Part shown: piece after piece, positions 46,624 to 55,800 of the stretch
Numbering within the stretch: the first letter of the stretch is position 1
Layout: each line of letters opens with the position of its first letter
Origin: Caldisericia bacterium
Lineage (GTDB): Bacteria > Caldisericota > Caldisericia > JAAYUI01
DNA length: 64,000 nt
Direction of reading: 5' to 3'
Assembly (NCBI GenBank): GCA_963674785.1
Contig: OY771555.1
Span: 544,001 to 608,000, forward strand
Position numbers and translations under genes: made by a program
Notes under the pieces: model-generated
Told to the model about the DNA's origin: nothing
Databases searched by the model: none
What the model saw: only the letters and a program-made list of their open reading frames with translations

Positions 46624-47937
46624 ATGAAAAAAGCGACCATTTTGAGTGTATCAATTCTTCTTGTTGTAGGCTTTGTGTTACTTTTTGCTTACAATTTTGT
46701 CGCCTATGGCGGAGATGAGAAACTCGCTGAGGGAAGCTACCGCACAAAAAACTTCTTCCTGCTTGATGTAAAAAACAAAACTCTTCCAAAAACCGAATAC
46801 AAACTCAAAACAGACTTTGATTATCCAGAAGATTCAATTTACAAACCAACCAATGATTTTGAGCTGATTACAAAAAATCTTCCAAGACCAAAATATACAA
46901 GGGATTATGATCCTGATAAGAAGTTTGAGCCTGTGTTTTTGAATGAATATCAGGGTGAGGGAGAACTTGAAGAGGTTTGGAGAATAAACTATGAAGAATT
47001 GATTTACAATCTGGATTGTTTTAAAAATGCAGCATCAAGAGTCTTCCTGTTTGACAATATTTTGGAAGTAAATATAAACGGTAACTATTTTGAAGGTTTT
47101 AGATTCACTTATTATTTTGATTTGCTGACTGGAAAAGGTGCTGATTTTAACGGTTTTAAATCTAAAATCTCTGAGTATCAAAGTAAAAATGTTTTTTCCA
47201 ATACTACTTTTTCTCCTTTTAAAAATGAGTACTTAAGATCAGATTACCCAAAACTTGAATTACTTGATAGATTCGGAAACATAATTTGGCGAATTGAATC
47301 TTATGACAATCCGTGTGATTTGTTTGGTGTATTTGATATGGATGGAAATAATTTTTTTTCAACAAAAGACAACGGAATAATATGCACTAACACCCAAACT
47401 GCCGAAACAAACTGGATTTTGCAGTGTTCTGATAAAAAAACAATTTTGGATTCTGTATACAAAAATGGATATTTATGGGTAAATACAATCGATATGCCAT
47501 TTGGTGGATACTTACAGGCCAATAATACTTCGAGGTTTTATCGAATTGATCTAGCAAGTTTAGAGGTTCTTGAGTTAGAAAATAAAGATTTTTATTCTCA
47601 TAGCTCATTTGCATTTGAAGGCTCAAAACTCGCCATGGAGTCAAAAAAAGGGACATATTTTTTTGAAATCGAGACAGGATCAGAGATCGAAGTAAAGCAT
47701 AAGCCTGATAGTTTAGATACTTACAACAGAACAGGATACTTCCAAAATTCAAAATTATCCAAGTGGGACAAAGACAGCTCAAGATTCATTGGTATATCAA
47801 AGCCAGATATGACACCTGACTGGCAAATAGACACAAGTAATCTTCCCACACATGAAAAGATTTTTGCTTCAGAGGATATTACTGGTGTATATATATCCGG
47901 TGAAAGCTTTGTGGCATGCTACAGAAAACCAGAATAA
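46624..47937 (+). CDS. Membrane-anchored PQQ-like propeller protein (paralog of 11489..12952)
   Basis: Shared block F.YPE.SIYKPT.DFELIT..LP.P...RDYDPD..FE and C-terminal CYRKP. Confidence 0.75.
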   Translation: MKKATILSVSILLVVGFVLLFAYNFVAYGGDEKLAEGSYRTKNFFLLDVKNKTLPKTEYKLKTDFDYPEDSIYKPTNDFELITKNLPRPKYTRDYDPDKKFEPVFLNEYQGEGELEEVWRINYEELIYNLDCFKNAASRVFLFDNILEVNINGNYFEGFRFTYYFDLLTGKGADFNGFKSKISEYQSKNVFSNTTFSPFKNEYLRSDYPKLELLDRFGNIIWRIESYDNPCDLFGVFDMDGNNFFSTKDNGIICTNTQTAETNWILQCSDKKTILDSVYKNGYLWVNTIDMPFGGYLQANNTSRFYRIDLASLEVLELENKDFYSHSSFAFEGSKLAMESKKGTYFFEIETGSEIEVKHKPDSLDTYNRTGYFQNSKLSKWDKDSSRFIGISKPDMTPDWQIDTSNLPTHEKIFASEDITGVYISGESFVACYRKPE

Positions 47938-47943
47938 AAATAG

Positions 47944-48624
47944 CTAACTTCTCTTCAACACCCCACAACCAGCAATAGCATTTGCAAGCTTTACATCCCC
48001 TTGATGTGTGATTTTGATGTTTGTTGTCTCACCCGGTACTGTAAGTACTGATATCCCAAACTCAGCCATGATATGTGCTGTGTCGCGGAAACCGCTCAGG
48101 TTTCCTTTTAACTTTTCATAAGCAAAACGGAGGGGTTTGAGATATGCAAACTGGGGGGTTTGGGTTACGTATAGACTATCTTTGATACTAGCTGAAACAC
48201 GCTGGTCGGCACGGATTTTTTTGACAGCACCGTTAATTGGCAAAATCGGCACAATACAACCGGCTTCAGTTTTTCTTGATAACATCAAATCAATCAGTTT
48301 TGATGTTGCAAATGGTCTTGCACCGTCATGCACAAAAACCGCATCATAATCATCGGGGATTTTCTGTAGTGCATTGTAAACAGTCTCAGCTCGGGACATC
48401 CCTGGCTCTGAAAACTCGATATTTGAGGCAGTAAAGCCCGAGATTTGCTTTTTTGAGTGTTTCTGGTCTGCTATAGCGACAACAACAAAATCGATGCTCT
48501 GATGGAGTGAAAGCAGAGAAACCGACCAAGCAAGTACGGACTTGCCAGAAAACTTCAGACCCAGTTTGTCAGAACCGAACCTGCTTGAGTTTCCACCTGC
48601 AGCAATTATCCCGGCTATTTTCAC
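47944..48624 (-). CDS. ispD: 2-C-methyl-D-erythritol 4-phosphate cytidylyltransferase
   Basis: AAGGNSSRFG.DK, R.ETV.NAL, VHDGARPF, QTPQ, NIKIT. Downstream of PIN/TRAM as in Firmicutes yacL-ispD. Confidence 0.85.
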   Translation of the reverse strand: MKIAGIIAAGGNSSRFGSDKLGLKFSGKSVLAWSVSLLSLHQSIDFVVVAIADQKHSKKQISGFTASNIEFSEPGMSRAETVYNALQKIPDDYDAVFVHDGARPFATSKLIDLMLSRKTEAGCIVPILPINGAVKKIRADQRVSASIKDSLYVTQTPQFAYLKPLRFAYEKLKGNLSGFRDTAHIMAEFGISVLTVPGETTNIKITHQGDVKLANAIAGCGVLKRS

Positions 48625-49691
48625 AGACTATTTATCCTGCCAAAAACGATCCTTCCCTGTGGGTTTTGTAACAGTGACGTGCATGTAATTGTGACAGTTT
48701 TTCCAATTGAATCCTTGCCATCCTCAACAACAACCATCGTCCCGTCATCAAGGAATCCGATTCCCTGTTCACGGTCTTTTCCTTCTTTGATGACTTTTAT
48801 TTCAATCTTTTCACCAGGGACAATTACGGTCTTTAAGGCTGATGCAAGTTCATTCAGGTTTATCACCATGCCACCCGCAGCACGGATTTCATCAGTGATC
48901 TCACGGTCGCAACTGATTATCTTTGCGCCTTCTTTTACAAAACCCATAAGAAGGTCTGTGTGTCTTCCTCTGTTTGGTGAAGGAAGCACCTCAAGTTTTT
49001 TTGGGAAAATCTCCTGGAGTTTTTCCATCGCCTTTGTTCCGCGTTTCCCACGATGTGCAAGGATTGGATCAGGTGAATCTGAAATCCTTTGAAGGTCTAC
49101 GAGTACAAAAGAGGGGACTGCAAATCTACCAGAAAGTGTGTTTGTTTCAAGAAACTCTGTTATTCTTCCATCAATCAGCGATGAACTATCGAGAATATAT
49201 TTTTCTTTGGTTCCTTTTCCACCACCAGATACACCGATGAAACCTCTGATTGCATCAGTTATTGCGTCCTTTTTTGCAACTCCAATCATCCAAAGAATTA
49301 TAAAAAGTGTTGGTGTGATCAGCATCGGAACTAGGTCTTTAAGTTTCGTATCATATGAAAGAGCATATCTAAGAATTGGCTCTAAAAAGAGGTAGATTAC
49401 GGTTGTCAAAATAAGGGCAAAAATCAGGATAATCATATCCGTGAGCGCCCACCTCTTCAAAACTTTTGAGAAAAATTTCTGCAACATCTTCATGAATTTT
49501 GTTATTTCAGGATAGATGATATAAAAGATAAAAGCACCAAGGATGCAAGCAAGGAGAATCCACATAAAGAATATGTTTCGATCATTACTTTGTCCAACCA
49601 AAGCCCTCAAAAACGAAGAACCTTTAAAGGTATATCCAGCAAGCAGTGCCCCTGCAAGGGAAAAAATCAATCTGTCTAGTATCATTCTCAT
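48621..49691 (-). CDS. Membrane PIN/TRAM domain protein (YacL-like)
   Basis: Four TM helices, ILDSSSLIDGRI, FVL.DLQ.ISDS.D, QGIGFLDDGTMVVVEDG. Confidence 0.9.
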   Translation of the reverse strand: MRMILDRLIFSLAGALLAGYTFKGSSFLRALVGQSNDRNIFFMWILLACILGAFIFYIIYPEITKFMKMLQKFFSKVLKRWALTDMIILIFALILTTVIYLFLEPILRYALSYDTKLKDLVPMLITPTLFIILWMIGVAKKDAITDAIRGFIGVSGGGKGTKEKYILDSSSLIDGRITEFLETNTLSGRFAVPSFVLVDLQRISDSPDPILAHRGKRGTKAMEKLQEIFPKKLEVLPSPNRGRHTDLLMGFVKEGAKIISCDREITDEIRAAGGMVINLNELASALKTVIVPGEKIEIKVIKEGKDREQGIGFLDDGTMVVVEDGKDSIGKTVTITCTSLLQNPQGRIVFGRINSL

Positions 49692-49715
49692 GTTAATAAA
49701 TCACCTCAACTAGCT

Positions 49716-49743
49716 ATTGTACTACAAATAATCATAAATTCAA
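49716..49743 (-). promoter_or_regulatory. Promoter TTGAAT-N16-TACAAT
   Basis: Upstream of the PIN/TRAM gene. Confidence 0.65.
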
Positions 49744-49757
49744 AAAAGGTAGCAAAT

Positions 49758-49787
49758 AAAAAAGGGCAACCCGAAGGCTGCCCTTTT
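49758..49787 (-). terminator. Rho-independent terminator of the giant surface-protein gene
   Basis: GGGCAGCC-TTCG-GGTTGCCC-TTTTTT (UUCG tetraloop). Confidence 0.9.
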
Positions 49788-49817
49788 CTTGGTAATCGAA
49801 CTTTGATTAAAAGCTGA

Positions 49818-52800
49818 TTATTGTTCTCTTGTGAGTGTTACCTCGTATGTTGCTTTGTTACCAGCCTGGTCAACAAACTCGAACATTACCTTAAGGGTAT
49901 CAAGGTTTGCATTCATGTTGACTTTTACTTCCCATTTGTCGTATGGGCATTTTGCTGGAGCACCGTTTGCGGTGACTGTTGAGAACTGCTCAACTCTACC
50001 GGTGATGATAACCTCTGTTTCGTCTGCAGGTACCATAAGTACACCGTCTTTTTCATCGTCAATGATGAAGGTTGGTTTTGTGGTGTCGAGTGTTGTGGCC
50101 ATTGTGTGGCTAACTCTATTTCCACCAGCGTCAACAGCAACAACATAGATTGCGTTTTCGCCTTCTGCAAGAGCGATTTTTGCACTGAATCTTCCGCTGC
50201 TTTCAACCTTGGCTGAAACACCGTTGACTGTGACTTTTGCACCTGGGTCTGTTTTACCAGTTACCTCAAGTGATGGCTCGTTTGTAAATTCTGGAGCTGG
50301 GTCAACTTCGAGGATTGGTGGGACTGTGTCTGTTCCGATTCCGATCCAGGTTTTTCCTGGGATGTATTCTTCATGTTCAACATTGATGAAGATTCTGCCG
50401 GATTCATTTGGCATGACAACAATCTTTGCCTCACCCTTGGCATTTGTTGTTTTTGGTGTTGCTTCGATTCCTGGTCCTTCAATGTAAACGGTTGCTTCTG
50501 CAACTGGAAGACCAGCACCAAGTTCTGTTACAACAATTGTAAGTTCTGTCTCTGTCATTGGTGCAAGGTCTGAGCTTACAACAACAACATCAAGTCCTTT
50601 GGCTGAATCAACGTGATAGATGTTTTTAAGTACATAGTACTCTGGGCTGATGAATTTGATATCCATATCGTCGCAGCAATTGATGTCTGGAACGTAGTAC
50701 ATGTTTTTCTGCATGTATGAAAGGTAAACAACTGACTGTCCGTCGCCATCTGGGGTGACGTGGAATGTTGTCTGCTGGACATCATCATCATTTGCGGTTG
50801 TTACACCATATGCAACCTGTTCTTCGATGCTACCTGAGACGAAGAGTTTACCATTGTCTCTAAGCTGGACATCGTCACGTGTTGCTGGATAAATCTTGGC
50901 AATAACGTGGTTTGGACTTCTGTAAACCATGTCATAGTTGTCAACATTGAGGAGGTCTTTTGTAAGTTCAAGACCGGTCTCGGCATCAAAGAGTTCAACT
51001 CTTGGATATGAAACTGGTGCAACTGTGAGTGGGATACCTTCCCAGTCAAGGTAGAATGTTGTGTCGTTTGTAACGCCACCACGGAATCTCTTCCATGTGT
51101 AACGTGGGTTTGTTTTGTCTGTGTATGGTGGGTAACCAACAAGGTCGCCTTCTGCTGGAACATTACAGTACTGGTTCTGTCCAACAAGTCCACCAACATA
51201 GTAGCAGTCTTCAGCAAACACATAGAAGCTTGTCTGTGCGTTTACGTCGAGTGCAAGTGAATCGTGATAGTCAAGTTTTCCGTCCTGATCAATATCTGTG
51301 AAGAGGAATCCACCCCAATATGGGTTGTTGTAGATTGCACCGAGTCCCCATCCCATGTTTCCTGGAGGTGGGAGCATAAGGTTGACCCACTCGACTGACA
51401 TTCCGGTTGTACCTTCGTTGATGATCTTCCATGTGTGGTCGTATGTGTAGAATTCGTTGATTGTGTTATAGAAGACTTCTCCGACTGCCTGTCTGTTCCA
51501 GCATGTGTTTGTGATTGGGCTCAAGTGGAATGAACCGGCTGAGTAGATCTCTTTGTTCTGCCATTCTGGCTGTTCGTTTGCATTGAAATCGAATGCAAAG
51601 TGTGGGTAGATAACCTGTGCACATGGAACGTCGTCGCAGGATTCCTGCATGAAGTCGAATGATGATGGTCTTGTTGTAAATGGTGTAAATCTTGCGGTAT
51701 TTTTGACACCGCCACCGCAAACGCTGACGCCTTTGCTAACACCTTTGACCAATACACCCTGTGCGTTGTAGACGGTTGCTGTAACTTTATAGATTCTGTT
51801 ATCAGCAGCTGTCATCAAGAAGTCTGGCTGTCCTGGAACTGTGAATACCTGAGAGTTTGGATCATCGTAGTTTACGATTTCATACTCAACTCTTGGGTTT
51901 TCAATCTTGACATCAACATATCCTCTGTGTCTTCTGTCTGGGGTGTAGACAAAGACTCTCATCTTGTGATCATCTTCCCAAGCATCTCTGTCTGGGTGAT
52001 CTTCATCTTTGAGCCAAACGTTGCTGTCGTTGGCACAGAATCCCTTGAAGTAGTATCTTCCGGCTTCGCCATCAGCACTAAATTCGATTGGTTCAAATGC
52101 GTGAGTGATTGTTTCTGTGCAATCATTGTCTTCGCTACGTGCTCTTGCACTGTAGAGTTCACGGTTATTTTCTTTGGTTGAGTCGTAGTTGTGAAGGTCG
52201 GTTCTGAGGAAGTAGTACTGTGGAAGTTTTGCTTCCTGACCATAGTAGTATGTATTGTCTGGATGTGGATCTTTGAAGAGGAAGTTCCACACATCATCTT
52301 CATCAACTGCAACCTCACCATACTGGTCTACAATACCTTCGAGGAGGTTTACTGGGTTTCCATCTTCATCTTTAACGATGAAGGTAAGAGGTGTGTTTAC
52401 GTCAACAAGTTCTGGTGTGATACCTGATGTAAGTGGGTTTGGAACGTATGTAACGATGAGGTCATCAAATGGCTCAATTGGAACTGCAATCTGACCTGCA
52501 AGATAAACCTCGTGTGAGTATCTTGTTCTGTCATATTCGTTCTGATCATCTGTTGTTGAGTAGTATGGATCGAAATCCCACCATGGGCTAAATGATCTGT
52601 CGTTATTGTCGTCACCATATTTGTATGCGGTTACATACACTGGGAATGTTTCATTGTCTGAGATGATATGATCTGGTTCGTCACATTCGCCGACCTCACC
52701 ACCAAAGTCGATTCCGACTTCGTCGACAACAGCGCCTGCTGCCTCAGTGAGTTCGAAGTCATATCTTCCACCGTTTCTCTGGAATGTTCTTGCATCAATA

Positions 52801-55800
52801 ATTCCTGAGATCCATGTGTTTGCGGCCATATCGTATGTTCCGAGGATTTCTGTTTCGAAATCGTTGAAGCTGATATAACCATCATCATTATAATCCTGAT
52901 CTGGTCTAAACTGTGTTGAGTAATTCTCTGCTCTTGATGATGTTGGTGAAGCTGTAATCCAACCATCACCGGCACCAACTCTAAGTCTTCCGTCTGGATC
53001 AGCAATATCTTTGATACCTCTGTCCTGCCAGCAGAACATTACAGCATCGTTACAGTATGATTCGACCTGGATTTCTTCATGCTCTTTAAGAGTGAATGCA
53101 AGGTGGTTGTCCTGATCAAGTGTGAGATATTCAACATAGTCGTATGTGTTATCTTCAACTGATGAGTCTGGTCCGTTGATCTGCTGAATTTCAAGTGCTC
53201 TTACATCGATACCGTCAACTGGTGGTGATGTACAGCAGTCCTGATACATCTTGAATGTTCCGTCCATGAGTGTGACGTAGATGAGGATCTTGCCATAGTT
53301 CCATGGGATAAGTTCATCAACAACAAAGACGTTATCAAGAGAACAGTAGTTGAGACGTTTTGTTCTCTTCATGTAAATGTTCTCATTTGAACCGAAATCA
53401 ACATTTCCAAGTGCTGACCAATTAAGGAAGTCTCCACCTGGATTGTGCTCAAACTGTGACCAGTTTGTTTCGTCAATTACAATCTTACCTGAGAAGTCAT
53501 ACTGAATTGGAACATTTCTAAGTCCGTTGTAGCAATATTTGTTTTCAACAGTATTTGTGAGAACGTCAACAATCTTTGGTCTTGCAAATGGACCTTCGAT
53601 GACGATCTGTTTAAGCTGTTTTTCAATATCATCTGATGTGAAGGAAAGGTGGTTGCCTTCACCATCTTTAAGGATGAAGTAAAGTCCATAGTCTGTAAGT
53701 GGGAAGAACTCTGTACCAAGCTTAAAGAATTTCTCTGCTTTTGTATCTCTCTGGGTTGTTTCACTCCAGATTGCTGGATATGCGTTCCATCCAAATGCTC
53801 CACCATTCTGGTTGAAGTTTGCACCATCAACTCTACCTGTGTGTGTCTGTCCACCAGGATAACATCTGAATCCACCGTGCGATGTTCTAAGAATTGGCCA
53901 GTATGGAACCTGAATCTGTGGTGCTGGTGGCTGAAGTGGTGAAAGTGGTGGGTTAGATGATGGGCCAGCTGTGTAGTTAACATTACTGTACTGGAGTGCC
54001 TTATCAACGATAAGCCATTCAGCAAAGTTTACATATGGGTCAGCCTGATAAACCTTAAGATCGATAAATCCGGCATAGTCAATTCCGTTAACAGTTTTTC
54101 CGAAGGAGAAGATGTTTGGATTTGTTGCCTCAACTCCGAGTGAGTTATCGAATCTAAAGTATGCTCCACCTGTAAATGGGTGAGCTGCTGTTGAGTTATA
54201 ATCAAAGATTGCGTTTGTAAGATAAACGTGAATCTTGACATGTGTTGAACCATCATTTGGAAGCAATGTGATAAGACATTCGCCGCCTTCGTCTGATTCA
54301 GTGATTTCACCATATGGTGTAACGTAGGTTGGAACACCATAGCTCAAAATCCAACCAAATCCACCATCAAAGAGACCGTAGTGGTCTGACTGAGTTGAAC
54401 CATTGTAATAACCTGTAACGTCACCGATTGGCTTCATACCTTCTGGCATATAGATGTCGCAATTTGCATAGTATCTCTGTGCTGAACAATCTGAATCTGT
54501 CCATGTGGAACGATCATCGACCTTGATTGCTTCACGGTTCAAACCGATTGGGCAGTCGTCTGAGAAGTCAGCCCACTGCTCACCAACAATCCAGTCATTA
54601 GGATCAATAGCGTTGTAAACCTGTGGTCCGAGTGCTGGGTCGGTGTTGTCTGGTTCATACCAATACCAGTAGTTATATGTACCATCTTCGTTTGCCTGGA
54701 AGATAATTTTTTCATGCCAAACGCTTGGATTTGCAAGCTGTGCTACACCAAGCCAGTCAATTCCGCCACCATGTGCGTTGTAAACAGCAACGAGTGGCTG
54801 TTCACCAGTCTGGAATGTCCAGTCTGTATTTTCTGGAACTGAGAATGGGATGTTGTAAGGATCGTTTACATCATTGGGGTTGTCCATGTTTCTAAGTTTA
54901 AGCTGGACATTTGGGAATCTCTGGTCAAGAGTTGTAATACAAGCAACACTTGCTTCGATCTCAAGTTCTTCTGGAGCAACTGCTGCGTAGGATTCACCAT
55001 AGCAATCATAATGATCTGAAAGGATTGCAGGGAATGGTGGTGAAGGCATAAGATCTCTGTACCATTTGCTCTCATCTGGAAGCGACATACCTGGAACTCT
55101 ATAACCGTATTCTCTCTGAGATTTATTCCAGTGTTTCCATAATGGATCTCTGTCATTGATAACTCTGTACCAATCACCTGACCACCACATGTCTCTGTAG
55201 TAATGTCTTGTTTCTTGTCTGTAGAGATATGGGTTATCAGCGGTTGGATCATAGTATCCTGGATGCTGGTCTGGTGGGACAACTCTTACATTTGTTCTTC
55301 CAGTTCTTCCAGCAAATGTATTAATTTCAGGATTCATCTTGAAGGCCTGTACTCTGTACTGTGCCTCTGTGTCTACACCAAGTACTCCTGGTGTTGGGTT
55401 ACATGAACCTCTGTACGGGGTAAGTGTAAATGTTGCCTCTGGTGCATTTGGAGTAAGAACCCTGTATGCTGAGTAGAGGTTAAGTGATGCGTCTGCGGTT
55501 GAACCATAGTCTACACCAACATTTTCTCTGACCATGACATAAATCTTCTCGTCTGGAATCCAGACTCTGTGATCACCGAGATCTCTCCAGTGTCCTGCTT
55601 TTGGTGGAGGATCAACAGAGATTGTGATGTCTGAGGTCTGCTCAACCTTAAGTGGCTTATTAAGCTCAACATTAAGATTGATGTTTCCTGGAATAACTTC
55701 CCAATCAAGGAATCTGTGGTCACAGTTAAGTCCAGCTGTGATTCCATATGGTGTTGATGGGAATGCCCAGAAGTCAAATGATGGAACAATTGAACCACAC

